The translations under genes were made by a program, and so were the position numbers. The notes beneath the pieces were generated by a model that was not told the origin of the DNA, ran no database searches, and saw nothing but the letters and a program-made list of their open reading frames with translations. From the IMG/VR virus record IMGVR_UViG_3300045999_010503, positions 2,322 to 66,321 of that record: DNA of 64,000 bases; one strand, written 5' to 3'. The stretch's first letter is position 1. Every line of letters begins with the position of its first letter. This document shows positions 1 through 8,732 of this stretch, piece after piece. Origin of the DNA: a virus.

Positions 1-234
1 GGTGGTCGGCTCCTTTTTCCGCATCGCCTTCTCCGCATGCCGGCGTAGCCGCTCCCGGTTCCCCGCGCTCGCCACGAAGGGCCAGCTCTTCCGCCGCATC
101 GCCTCCTGCACCACCCCGAGCACGAACTCGGACCGCCCGCCGTCGCCGGCCAGGCCGTCCACCAACTCCAGGAGCGGGGTGGGGAAACTGATGCTCATGG
201 GCTCCACGTCGGTTCTTGGTTTTGCGGTCTTCAT
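1..234 (-). CDS. Ribbon-helix-helix (CopG/Arc-like) repressor, truncated by the window edge
   Basis: Manual translation from ATG 234: MKTAKPRTDVEPMSISFPTPLLELVDGLAGDGGRSEFVLGVVQEAMRRK; alternating strand MSISF, helix, G-R-S-E-F-V helix. Not in the ORF track. Confidence 0.7.
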   Translation of the reverse strand, partial: MKTAKPRTDVEPMSISFPTPLLELVDGLAGDGGRSEFVLGVVQEAMRRKSWPFVASAGNRERLRRHAEKAMRKKEPTT

Positions 235-323
235 CGAGGCGATTGATAACAACCATTAACAATCCGCAAGCCTAAATCTTTTCCTGCTTGATAACAAGTC
301 CTGTTATTACCATCACCAAACCC
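235..323. promoter_or_regulatory. Divergent promoter/operator region
   Basis: AT-rich; TTGATAACAA at 243-252 and 288-297; inverted ATAACA-N5-TGTTAT at 291-307. Confidence 0.6.
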
Positions 324-521
324 ATGCCCAAGCCCGCCCGATCACCCGCCAAACCCGCCCCCAAACGGAAACAGCCCACCCGCACCTTCAGTCTGAGCAA
401 GGAGCTCATCGACGAGACCGAGAAGGTCGCCACGCTCCTCGAGACCAACGCCAGCGACATCGCCCGCCGCGCGCTCCGCCTCTTCAACGGGAAGATTCTC
501 ACGAAGGGGGCTGGCCGATGA
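324..521 (+). CDS. Ribbon-helix-helix DNA-binding protein (Cro/Arc-like role)
   Basis: TRTFSLSKELIDETEKVATLLETNASDIARRALRLF fits the RHH pattern. Confidence 0.7.
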   Translation: MPKPARSPAKPAPKRKQPTRTFSLSKELIDETEKVATLLETNASDIARRALRLFNGKILTKGAGR

Positions 522-814
522 GCTTCCTGACACCCCCCGCCTGGTTTACTCAGCGCCAAGAGGCCCGCAAGGCTCGCAAGGCCGCGGAGGCGGCCGCGCT
601 CGAAGAGGCCCGCCGCAAGGCCCATTCCGATCTGGTCCTAAGAATCCAGGTCGCCACCGACAAGTTCACTAAGCTGGGCGGGGTCTTCGCCGAGTTCAGC
701 TACGCTGTTCCCGAGGACCCAGACAGCCCCCGTGCCGTAGGCTATTTTCTGCTGGCCCGCTGCCTCTACCGAATCGTGGCCACGCCGGACGGATTCAACG
801 TCACCCGCGTATGA
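518..814 (+). CDS. Hypothetical protein
   Basis: ATGA-coupled ORF with genome-typical codon use. Confidence 0.7.
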   Translation: MSFLTPPAWFTQRQEARKARKAAEAAALEEARRKAHSDLVLRIQVATDKFTKLGGVFAEFSYAVPEDPDSPRAVGYFLLARCLYRIVATPDGFNVTRV

Positions 815-1326
815 GTCCCGTCACCACCATCGGCGTGGATAACGGTCCGACCGGATCGCTTGGCATTTTCCGCGACGGCACGCCCGTCCACTTCGGCCCC
901 ATCCCCACGCAGCCCTACCTGCACTACGGCAAGGGCGGCACGATCAGCAACCGGCTCGACCGCGTAGGGCTGCGCGCCCTGGTAAAAACGTCGTGTGGCC
1001 ACTTCGTCGCCGATCCGAAAGCCTCGGTCCGCGTCTACATCGAACGCCCCTTCACCGGCGCCCCGAACATGCTCAAGGCGATGCTCTCGGCGCATCGCTT
1101 CTTCGAGGCCACCATCATCACGCTCGAGGACCTGGGCCTCGGCTACGAGGTCATCGACAGCGGCGTCTGGCAGAAGCCCGTCCTCGGCGACGTGAAGGGC
1201 AGCAAGGAGCTCAAACTGGCCTCCAAACTGCGCGGCGTCCAGATGTATCCACAATTCAAGGACGCCATCACCAAGCAAGGCGACGCCGACGGCTTGCTCA
1301 TCGCGCACCACTTCGCCCGCAAATGA
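811..1326 (+). CDS. RuvC-like Holliday junction resolvase
   Basis: IGVDNG, YIERP, WQK and DADGLLIA motifs. Confidence 0.85.
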   Translation: MSPVTTIGVDNGPTGSLGIFRDGTPVHFGPIPTQPYLHYGKGGTISNRLDRVGLRALVKTSCGHFVADPKASVRVYIERPFTGAPNMLKAMLSAHRFFEATIITLEDLGLGYEVIDSGVWQKPVLGDVKGSKELKLASKLRGVQMYPQFKDAITKQGDADGLLIAHHFARK

Positions 1327-1610
1327 AAACCGTATACCTCGAACTACGTGAGTTCACGCCGCTTGACGGCAAGGAGTGCCAGGCAGCCTCCTACCCAGGC
1401 CCCGGTCTGTATCTCGGCCTCGTGTGGGGCGTGCGGAAGATCATTTCTGTCGGGTCGGGCGGCTGCGTGATGTTCGCCGACCTCCCCATCGGAACCGAGC
1501 CGGCCTCCCTGGAGGCGCGAGCAGCGCCGTCGTCAGGCGTCTCCGAGACGACGCTCCTCAAGACCATCGCCATCCTCACCGGCAAGTCGGTCGCGGAGGT
1601 CCGGCTATGA
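1323..1610 (+). CDS. Hypothetical protein
   Basis: ATGA-coupled ORF MKTVYLELREF. Confidence 0.65.
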   Translation: MKTVYLELREFTPLDGKECQAASYPGPGLYLGLVWGVRKIISVGSGGCVMFADLPIGTEPASLEARAAPSSGVSETTLLKTIAILTGKSVAEVRL

Positions 1611-2191
1611 AACCTACCCTTCAACCGCGCCGATCACGTTCCGAAGTCCGCGCGCTCCTCACCGACTACGCCATGTTCATCGACGGGGTCGACAGCCGGC
1701 TCATCGCCCCGGTCGTCGCCGACGCCCGCTTCTGGGAGGCGCCCGCCTCGGTGAAGTGGCACCACAGCTATGACGGCGGCCTCGCCGAGCACACCCTCGA
1801 GGTGTTGGAAGCCTGCGACGTCATCGCCCACCTCTGCCACGTCCCGATCAGCCTCATCGACCTGCGCGTCGCCGCCTTCTGGCACGACTACGCCAAGGTC
1901 TGGGACTACGAGAAGGGGCCCGCCGCCTCCAACGACGGCGAGCGGGCTTGGACCTGCACCGACCACAGCGGCGACCACGGCCACCTTGTCCGCAGCTACG
2001 CCGAGTGGATGGCCCACGCCCGCACCACCGACATCGGCGAGGCCCGCATGCTGAAGATCGGCAGCATGCTCCTCAGCCACCACGGCCAGAAGGCCTGGGG
2101 CAGCCCCGTCGAGCCCCGCGGCCCCGAGGCCTGGGCGCTGCACCTCGCCGACATGATCTCCGTCCACGTCGTATGCGACCGCGTCGGGTAA
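1607..2191 (+). CDS. HD-domain protein, YhaM/Cbf1-like
   Basis: PAS..WHHSYDGGLAEHTLEV, WHDYAK, SHHG, LHLADM. Confidence 0.85.
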   Translation: MKPTLQPRRSRSEVRALLTDYAMFIDGVDSRLIAPVVADARFWEAPASVKWHHSYDGGLAEHTLEVLEACDVIAHLCHVPISLIDLRVAAFWHDYAKVWDYEKGPAASNDGERAWTCTDHSGDHGHLVRSYAEWMAHARTTDIGEARMLKIGSMLLSHHGQKAWGSPVEPRGPEAWALHLADMISVHVVCDRVG

Positions 2192-2212
2192 CAGAAACCA
2201 ACAAGGCCGCCG

Positions 2213-2662
2213 ATGGACCCCTTCACCCTCGACCCGCGCCCCCGGCCCGGACGCTGCCGGGTGAAGGGGTGCCGCCACCACGTCACCCCCGGCCAGCGCA
2301 GGAAGCAGGGCGGCTTCTGCCGGCGGTGTAAAGAGGACCGCTACAAGGTCCGCCACCCCTACACCTACGCCCTCAACAAGCTCCGCAACAACGCCCGTCG
2401 GCGTGGCCACGCCTTCGACCTTACCCTCGAGGAGTGGATCATGTTCTGCGACCTGACCGGCTACGTCGATGCGCGGGGCAGGGGAGCGGAAGACCTCAGC
2501 ATCGACCGCATCCGCGACTCCGAAGGCTACACCCTCTCCAACATCCGCGTGCTCACTGTATCCGAAAACTCACGACGCGCCGCTGTCCGGCGCAAGATCG
2601 AGTCCTGGGACCGCGCTCATTGGGCCCGCATTGTCGACAGCCTCGTCTCAAATGCCGCGTAA
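2213..2662 (+). CDS. HNH-like endonuclease with Zn finger
   Basis: CRVKGC..CRRC and LSIDRIRDSEGYTLSNIRVLTVSEN. Confidence 0.75.
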   Translation: MDPFTLDPRPRPGRCRVKGCRHHVTPGQRRKQGGFCRRCKEDRYKVRHPYTYALNKLRNNARRRGHAFDLTLEEWIMFCDLTGYVDARGRGAEDLSIDRIRDSEGYTLSNIRVLTVSENSRRAAVRRKIESWDRAHWARIVDSLVSNAA

Positions 2663-2957
2663 GCCCTCCCTCCACAACGTCGAGCGCCAAGCCCTCGCCA
2701 AGGCCCTCGTGAAACGGTTCCCTAAGCACGTCGTCGCGAAGATGATTGGCATGGACCTGGCGGGGCTCACCCACCTCCTGCGCTACGAGTTCAAGTCAAC
2801 CCTGCCGAGCGAGGCCAGCATCAGGCTCGGCCAGGCTCTTGGCGCTATCTTCGAGGCCTCGATCGAGGCCGGGCAGCGCGCGATGGCTCAGGCCCTCCGC
2901 GAGGCCGCGGACGCCCTCGACCGGGGTGCGGTGCCCGTCGCCGACAAGGACCTCTGA
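2652..2957 (+). CDS. Hypothetical protein, possible HTH
   Basis: KHVVAKMIGMDLAGLTHLLR. Confidence 0.55.
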   Translation: MPRKPSLHNVERQALAKALVKRFPKHVVAKMIGMDLAGLTHLLRYEFKSTLPSEASIRLGQALGAIFEASIEAGQRAMAQALREAADALDRGAVPVADKDL

Positions 2958-2959
2958 CC

Positions 2960-3163
2960 ATGCCCTTCTGCCACGACTGCGCCCACTTCGGCGCCGCCTA
3001 TCCCAAGCCCGCCTGCCACCTCAAACGGCCCAAGACCTGGTCGCCGCCGGAGCACGGCCTCGACCTCGCCTACGGCTACATCCCTGACCGCCCCTCCTGT
3101 TTCCAACCCAAAGCCCATGTCCCTAAGCCCGCAACAAATCGACCGCGCGCTCGTCGTCGCTGA
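2960..3163 (+). CDS. Small Cys-rich hypothetical protein
   Basis: CHDCAHF...C...C pattern. Confidence 0.55.
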   Translation: MPFCHDCAHFGAAYPKPACHLKRPKTWSPPEHGLDLAYGYIPDRPSCFQPKAHVPKPATNRPRARRR

Positions 3164-3186
3164 AGCCGTGGTCTCCCTCGCCGCCG

Positions 3187-3495
3187 ATGTCTGGCAACAC
3201 CGCAAGCAACGTGGAGGACGACTGGCTGGCCGAGTGGCCAGCGGACGCGCCGCTCCCCGCAAAGTGGGCGCCAGTCGTCGAGCCAAGACCCGTAACGCCG
3301 CCAAGCGCGCCGTCCCGGCCGAAGTTCAGTAAGGCCCAGCGCCTCGCCTGCGAACGCAAGGAACGCTTCCCCAGCGCCGCCAAGGTGAAGGCCGAGGCGA
3401 TCCGCCGACGCAGCGCCGGCGAGGCCGGCGTGAAGCTCCGCGGCTACCACTGCCCGGGGTGCGACGGCTACCACTTAACGTCACAACCACTATGA
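3187..3495 (+). CDS. Small phage Zn-ribbon protein
   Basis: CERKERF...LRGYHCPGCDGYHLTS. Confidence 0.7.
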   Translation: MSGNTASNVEDDWLAEWPADAPLPAKWAPVVEPRPVTPPSAPSRPKFSKAQRLACERKERFPSAAKVKAEAIRRRSAGEAGVKLRGYHCPGCDGYHLTSQPL

Positions 3496-3659
3496 CACCC
3501 GCACAGACCGCCTACCAAAAAGCCCGCGAAGCCTTCGACATGGCCGTCGAGGGGCTATCGCCCGCCGAATACCTCGAGGTCGTCCAGGAGATGGCCTCGC
3601 ACGTTCAGGGTTGCGAGGACTGCCTCCGCGACGAGTCGCCCGAACTTTTCGAGCAATGA
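3492..3659 (+). CDS. Hypothetical acidic protein
   Basis: Coupled ORF MTPAQTAYQK. Confidence 0.6.
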   Translation: MTPAQTAYQKAREAFDMAVEGLSPAEYLEVVQEMASHVQGCEDCLRDESPELFEQ

Positions 3660-3883
3660 ACCCTCCTTTCCGCGACATCCACCACGAGATGGCCTACGGG
3701 GTGCGCCGCCGCTCCGTCAGGGTCACCGACCTCAACGAGCAGGCTCTCGCCGCCGAGTTTTTCCTGAAGAACGGCGGACAGCGCACCCGGACCCTCGCCG
3801 GCGCCATCGGCGTCACGGGCAAACGGGCACGGAAACTCATCAAGGCCGCCCGTCGCGCCAACGCTCAGGAGGGCTCGGCATGA
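3656..3883 (+). CDS. Hypothetical protein, possible HTH
   Basis: TRTLAGAIGVTGKRARKLIK. Confidence 0.55.
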   Translation: MNPPFRDIHHEMAYGVRRRSVRVTDLNEQALAAEFFLKNGGQRTRTLAGAIGVTGKRARKLIKAARRANAQEGSA

Positions 3884-4101
3884 TGTCCTTCCGCGACATG
3901 ACCTTCTGCCCGGGCGACGGCTGCGCCAAGTTCGACACCTGCCCGCGGGCGCTCACGACCGCCGTGCAGGACGCCGCGAAGCGTTGGTGGGGCGGTGACG
4001 GCGCGCCGATCAGCCGCTTCACCGATCCGCGGGCGCTGACGTGCTACGAAGCGACGGCGCCCTACTTCGACCCGACTGATCCGACCATCCCACTCGAATG
4101 A
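3880..4101 (+). CDS. Hypothetical Cys-containing phage protein
   Basis: DMTFCPGDGCAKFDTCPRAL. Confidence 0.65.
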   Translation: MMSFRDMTFCPGDGCAKFDTCPRALTTAVQDAAKRWWGGDGAPISRFTDPRALTCYEATAPYFDPTDPTIPLE

Positions 4102-4478
4102 AACGCATCGAAGACACCTTCAACTTTATCGCCGACCGCGCGGCCGAGCTTGATCGCGTCCTCGCCTCCAGCGGACGCCCTGCGCTCGACGTTGTCGCCG
4201 ACTTCCTCGTCAAACGCTTCCGCGAGACCGTTCCCAGCACCGTTTACGAGGCCTTCAGCCGCACAACCGGCTATGCGGTCCAGAGCCTCCAGAACGCCGT
4301 GTGCGTGTGCCGCAAATACCCGAAGAAGGGGCGGCCGTTGGTCCTGACCGTCGACCACCTCTCCGTCCTCGCCGGCGCCGACATCGCGCCCACCGCACTG
4401 AACTGGTGGGCGGATAAGATCGTCTCCGAGAACCTCACCGTCCGCGGGCTCCGTGCCCTGCTCGGCAGTCGCGCATGA
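4098..4478 (+). CDS. LmbU-like HTH protein, distant paralogue of 39983-40624
   Basis: TGYAVQSLQNAVCVCRKYP...WWADKIVSENLTVRGLR aligns with TGLAEQTLRNAATVCRRLP...WVDYVSQGGVSVRQLR. Confidence 0.55.
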   Translation: MKRIEDTFNFIADRAAELDRVLASSGRPALDVVADFLVKRFRETVPSTVYEAFSRTTGYAVQSLQNAVCVCRKYPKKGRPLVLTVDHLSVLAGADIAPTALNWWADKIVSENLTVRGLRALLGSRA

Positions 4479-4651
4479 ACGTCCTCCACTTCCTCGGCGC
4501 CACCTGCGCCGCGCTCACGTCGCTCGTGGCTCTCGTTCACATCGCGACCGGCCTAATTCCGCAGTCTTTCGCGAGGCTCTACGCGGCCTCGACTGGGATT
4601 CTCACCCTGCTGGCGGCCATCGAAGGCTACCGGAGGGTCTTTCTGGGATGA
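4475..4651 (+). CDS. Small two-TM membrane protein
   Basis: Manual translation MNVLHFLGATCAALTSLVALVHIATGLIPQSFARLYAASTGILTLLAAIEGYRRVFLG; ATGA overlaps at both ends. Confidence 0.6.
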   Translation: MNVLHFLGATCAALTSLVALVHIATGLIPQSFARLYAASTGILTLLAAIEGYRRVFLG

Positions 4652-7515
4652 CCGTCGCCCTCTACGATTGGCAGCAGCCCTCCGCGGACGACCTGGCCTA
4701 CTCCCTCGCCACCTACGGCGTGGCGGCCGACGGCTCCGAGATGGGCACCGGCAAGACGATCAAGTCATGCGTGGTCGCCAAGCGCCGCAACCGCCACCTT
4801 GTCGTCGTATGCCCCAAGGCGGTCGTCGCGGATTGGCGCTACTGGGCCGAGCAGGTCGGCGTGCCGATCGCCGTCTGCAACTACGACAAGGTCCGCACCG
4901 GCAAGACCCCGCTCGGGCGCTGGAGCCACCACAAGACCGTCTACAAGGGCAAGGCCGCGAAGAAGGTCCCCGCCGTCTTTGAGTGGACGCTCCCGGCCGA
5001 CGCCGACCTCGTGTTCGACGAGGCGCACAAGCTCTCTGGCATCGACACCCAGCAGAGCCTCCTGCTCATCGCCGCCAAGCGCCAGGGCATCCCCCATTCC
5101 CTGCTCTCAGGCACGCTCCTCGACTCCCCGCTGAAGTGCCGCGCCCTCGGCTACTCGCTCGGCCTGCACAACCTCCTGAACTTCTGGCAGTGGGCCAAGG
5201 CCAAGGGCGTCACCCAGGGCACCTTCGGGATGGAGTGGCGCCCCACCGCCAAGCACGGCGCCGCCATCATGGAGGGCATCCGGCAGGAGCTCGGCCGGAA
5301 GTTTACCCGCATCCGCAAGGCCGACGTCCCCAGCTTCCCCAAGAAACAGGTCATCCCGACTTTCGTCGAGACCGACGAGATGCCCGACGAGGAGGCGCTC
5401 GATGGTGGGCGCTATGGCTACGAGGCGCGCATGAAAGTCGAGTTCCTCAAGGTGCCGGGCATCGTCGAGCGTGCGAAGGAGCTCATCAATGACGCCGGCC
5501 ATAGCGTAGCGATCTTCGTCAACTATCTCGGCACCTTAAACGCGCTCCTCGAACATTTTCCCGAGGCGTCGGTCATTCGTGGTGGACAGAGCGAAAACGA
5601 GAGAATAACAGCTCTTAACAATTTCCAATCGAACAAAACTCACGTCGCGCTCGTCATGCTTCAGGCCGGCGGAACCGGGGTGAGTCTCCACGACCTGCAC
5701 GGCCGCCCGCGCTCCTCCATAATCTGTCCCGGCAACAGCGCCATCGACTTCCTCCAAGCCATCGACCGCATCCACCGCGCCGCCGCCCTGAGCGACGCCA
5801 CCATCTACGTCGCCTTCGCCAGCGGCGTCCCCGTCGAGCGCCGCATCCGCGGACGCCTCGAGTTCAAGACCAACAACCTCTCCGCCCTCAACGACGCCGA
5901 TTTTGAGGCACCGATAACAACTTCCCACAATGCCCAACCCACAAACGATCAACCTGCTGGAGCTCTACCTCCAAGTCTCGGAACTACTCAACCGCCACTC
6001 GCCGGCCAGCCCGACCAACGTGGCCTCGGTGGCAATCAACCAGGAGGTCGACCCCAACGGCCGACCTCACGTCCAGATCGTGACGGTCACCGAAGCGGAG
6101 GCGCTCGCCCAGCTCGCCGTGCTGGAGGACAAACCGGCCTCGTCGGAACCCTCGAAGGCTTCGACGACGACCCCCTCCCCACAGCCGGCGAGGCCGAGGG
6201 AGTTCAACTGCCCGCCGAAAACTTCGTCGATCGCGAAGTCGGTGGCTCAGCAGACCTCAGCACCGCAGGAGGGGAACCAGAAATGGGAGTGAAGATCCTC
6301 ATGCCGGAGGAGCCTGCGGTCGTTCCGGCCCCGGCCCCCACTACCGACGCCACGGGCAACCACGTCGTCCGCAAGCACGCCCGCTGCTCGCCCTCCAAGT
6401 TGAAGAACTTGGAGATCTGCCCGAGCTACGAGGGCGACAACGACGGCCCCGTCCACCCCGTCACCCTTCGTGGGACCGCGATGCACGAAGCCCTGGAGAC
6501 TGGCAACGACAGCGGCCTCCTGACCGAGAACGACAACGAGGAGCTCCGCCTCGTGATGATGTGCCGCGAGTTCCAGGACGCCGAGCGCGTGGAGGGCGAG
6601 GAGGTCATCACCGAGCCGCACCTCAAGACGCACGACCCCGACGTCATGGGCTTCGCCGACCGCGTCGTGCTGGAGCCTCCGCGGGAGGTCCTCGGGCACT
6701 CAGTCCGTCGGGCTCGCTGCCGCGACTACAAGATGGGGTTCAACGCCGTCGACGGCCCCGAGAACAACCCGCAGGCCATCGCCTACACCGTCGCCATCTT
6801 CCTGCGTTGGGACGACGTCGCCGAGGTCGACTTCGCCTTCCTGATCCCGCGCCTCGACCTGGTGCTCCAGCACACGTTCAAGCGCGAGGACCTGCCCGCC
6901 CTCAAGCTGCGCCTCAGCCTCATTGCCGACCGCGTCCGCAAGCTGGCCGGCAAGGAGTTCAACCCGAACAACGAGAACTGCCTCTACTGCGGCCGCAAGG
7001 CCACCTGCAAGGCGCTCATCGACAAGACGCTCACCATCGCCCGCGGCTACGACGACGGCAGCAAGCTCCCGCTCCCCGCCGTCCTCGACCCCACGCAGAT
7101 CGTCGACCCGCAGCAGATCGCCTACGCTCTGAACGTCGCCAGCGTCGCCGAGAGCTGGATCGAGCAGACCCGCAAGCGGGCCCACCAGATTCGCACCGAG
7201 CTCGGCTTGGAGATCCCCGGCTACGACCTCATCGAACGCCAGGCCAAGCGTGAGATCGCGAACGTCCCCGGCACCTTCGAGATCGTCACGAAAGAGTTCG
7301 GCGTCCCTCCCGAGGAGGTGCTCTCCGCCTGCAAGGTCAGCATCACCCAGCTCGAGAAGGTCGTCACCGACCGCGCGGGCCACGGCGAGAAGGCCAAGGT
7401 CGCCGAGAAGTTCACCGACCGCCTCATGGACGAGGGCTACCTCACCCGCGGCGCGTCGTTCCACGTCCTCCAACGCAGCCGCAAGAAGGCCCCGAAGAAG
7501 GTCGAGGCCGCCTAA
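4648..7515 (+). CDS. SNF2-like helicase fused in frame to a DUF2800/Cas4-like PD-(D/E)XK nuclease
   Basis: MGTGKT, DEAH, SGT, QAIDRIHR; then HARCSPSKL, GTAMHEALE, GFAD, DYKMG, CLYC. Confidence 0.85.
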   Translation: MTVALYDWQQPSADDLAYSLATYGVAADGSEMGTGKTIKSCVVAKRRNRHLVVVCPKAVVADWRYWAEQVGVPIAVCNYDKVRTGKTPLGRWSHHKTVYKGKAAKKVPAVFEWTLPADADLVFDEAHKLSGIDTQQSLLLIAAKRQGIPHSLLSGTLLDSPLKCRALGYSLGLHNLLNFWQWAKAKGVTQGTFGMEWRPTAKHGAAIMEGIRQELGRKFTRIRKADVPSFPKKQVIPTFVETDEMPDEEALDGGRYGYEARMKVEFLKVPGIVERAKELINDAGHSVAIFVNYLGTLNALLEHFPEASVIRGGQSENERITALNNFQSNKTHVALVMLQAGGTGVSLHDLHGRPRSSIICPGNSAIDFLQAIDRIHRAAALSDATIYVAFASGVPVERRIRGRLEFKTNNLSALNDADFEAPITTSHNAQPTNDQPAGALPPSLGTTQPPLAGQPDQRGLGGNQPGGRPQRPTSRPDRDGHRSGGARPARRAGGQTGLVGTLEGFDDDPLPTAGEAEGVQLPAENFVDREVGGSADLSTAGGEPEMGVKILMPEEPAVVPAPAPTTDATGNHVVRKHARCSPSKLKNLEICPSYEGDNDGPVHPVTLRGTAMHEALETGNDSGLLTENDNEELRLVMMCREFQDAERVEGEEVITEPHLKTHDPDVMGFADRVVLEPPREVLGHSVRRARCRDYKMGFNAVDGPENNPQAIAYTVAIFLRWDDVAEVDFAFLIPRLDLVLQHTFKREDLPALKLRLSLIADRVRKLAGKEFNPNNENCLYCGRKATCKALIDKTLTIARGYDDGSKLPLPAVLDPTQIVDPQQIAYALNVASVAESWIEQTRKRAHQIRTELGLEIPGYDLIERQAKREIANVPGTFEIVTKEFGVPPEEVLSACKVSITQLEKVVTDRAGHGEKAKVAEKFTDRLMDEGYLTRGASFHVLQRSRKKAPKKVEAA
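5930..6292 (+). CDS. Nested +1-frame ORF inside the helicase-nuclease linker
   Basis: AC-rich leader TAACAACTTCCCACA; high GC3 over about the first 68 codons. Confidence 0.45.
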   Translation: MPNPQTINLLELYLQVSELLNRHSPASPTNVASVAINQEVDPNGRPHVQIVTVTEAEALAQLAVLEDKPASSEPSKASTTTPSPQPARPREFNCPPKTSSIAKSVAQQTSAPQEGNQKWE

Positions 7516-7523
7516 ACCACCTT

Positions 7524-7607
7524 ACGGGAGTCGCCGGCACGCATGAAAGAGCCCGGCGAGTAACACCACAAGCCTAACGACCAGTCGTCAGACCGTCGGC
7601 GTCCCGT
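7524..7607 (+). ncRNA. Structured leader upstream of the putative SSB gene
   Basis: ACGGGA/TCCCGT closing stem with inner TCGCCGG/CCGGCGA and ACGAC/GTCGT hairpins. Confidence 0.4.
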
Positions 7608-7661
7608 GCTCCCTCCCCTTTCCGATTCGTCGGATAACAGAAACCAACAATAGATCCCACC

Positions 7662-8528
7662 ATGCCTAGCGTAACCTCATTCCGCAAGTCTCCCGCCAAC
7701 GCCACCGCCAACGCCGCTCCTGCCGCGGCCCAAACCCCCGCTCCGGCGCCTGCCAACGCCGCCGAAGTGGTCACCAAGGTCCCGGCCGCCGCGAAGGCCG
7801 TCGCGCCCGTCAAACCCGCCGCGACCCCTGTCGCCCAGCCCGAAGACACCGCGGTTGCCACCGTCGGCAGCACCGACGTCGTCCCCGCCGACTTCTACAA
7901 CGGCGTCGGGGGCTTCGAGGGCGAGTTCACCTCGAACGACATCCGCATCCCCTACCTCTCGATCTGCGGCAAGACCTCCAAGATTTTCGACGAGCACCCC
8001 GAGTTCCTCGGCCAGTTCGTCTACAACAAGAACATCGCTCTCGGCGACGAGATCCGCGCCGTCTTCGCCAAGGTCACGAAGTTCTGGGTCGAGGACCTCC
8101 CCTTCGGCACCGAGGCGATCCCGCAGCGGTTCAAGTTCATGGACGACGCCCGCGCTGCCGGCTTCAACCCCTCCCAGATGAAGGAGCAGGCCGAGCTCGA
8201 CCTCCTCATCGAGCTCCCCCTGACCGACGAGAACGGGGAGGCGACTGGCGTTGACGAGTTCGCCGACCTCTTCGTCGGCGACAAGGCCTACCTGCTCACC
8301 CGCTACACCGTGCAGAGCAGCGCCTACGGCAAGACCGTGCCGACCCTCCGCACCGACATTGGCGGCTTCCTCAAAGGCAACCTCGTCAACGGGTTCTACA
8401 TCATCAAGACCCAGAAGGTCGAGGGCAAGAAGGGCACTTACTACGTGCCCGTCCTGAAGACCGACGGCCCCACGCCCCAGGAGCTCCGCACCGAGATCGT
8501 CAAGCGGTGCTCTCCGGTGGCGGTTTGA
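7662..8528 (+). CDS. Putative ssDNA-binding/annealing protein
   Basis: Lies between nuclease and PolA; Ala/Pro-rich N-terminus then DIRIPYLSI and a beta-rich domain. Confidence 0.5.
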   Translation: MPSVTSFRKSPANATANAAPAAAQTPAPAPANAAEVVTKVPAAAKAVAPVKPAATPVAQPEDTAVATVGSTDVVPADFYNGVGGFEGEFTSNDIRIPYLSICGKTSKIFDEHPEFLGQFVYNKNIALGDEIRAVFAKVTKFWVEDLPFGTEAIPQRFKFMDDARAAGFNPSQMKEQAELDLLIELPLTDENGEATGVDEFADLFVGDKAYLLTRYTVQSSAYGKTVPTLRTDIGGFLKGNLVNGFYIIKTQKVEGKKGTYYVPVLKTDGPTPQELRTEIVKRCSPVAV

Positions 8529-8543
8529 CGCTTCGACTCACTC

Positions 8544-8650
8544 GAGAAGCGGGGCGCCCCGAACTAAGGAGCGCCCGCAAGGGCACTCATAGGCACGGCC
8601 AGACCGCGAAGCCTTGCGCCCCAGGTAACGGAGCCAGCGCCCCGCTTCTC
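8544..8650 (+). ncRNA. Unknown structured RNA closed by a 14-bp stem
   Basis: GAGAAGCGGGGCGC/GCGCCCCGCTTCTC perfect stem; inner GCCC-GCAA-GGGC GNRA hairpin. Confidence 0.55.
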
Positions 8651-8656
8651 TTTCAC

Positions 8657-8732
8657 GACTCCATCTTCTAGGTGCCCAGGAACCCGTTTCTCAACGGGGA
8701 ACGAGGCGGCGCAACCCCTCTGGAGTCTCCCA
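8657..8732 (+). tRNA. Degenerate tRNA-Glu(CTC)-like element
   Basis: Acceptor GACTCCA/TGGAGTC, Glu-like D arm TTCT..AGGA, CCCGT/ACGGG stem with a 6-nt loop TTCTCA, altered T arm, ends TCCCA. Confidence 0.6.

Noticed and set aside
3117-3332. Third overlapping ORF MSLSPQQIDRAL
   Set aside because: Overlaps two better-supported genes; the N-terminal half looks plausible but cannot be supported without homologues
6283-7515. Cas4 as part of a CRISPR system
   Set aside because: Context (helicase, SSB, PolA) is the usual phage DUF2800-type replication nuclease
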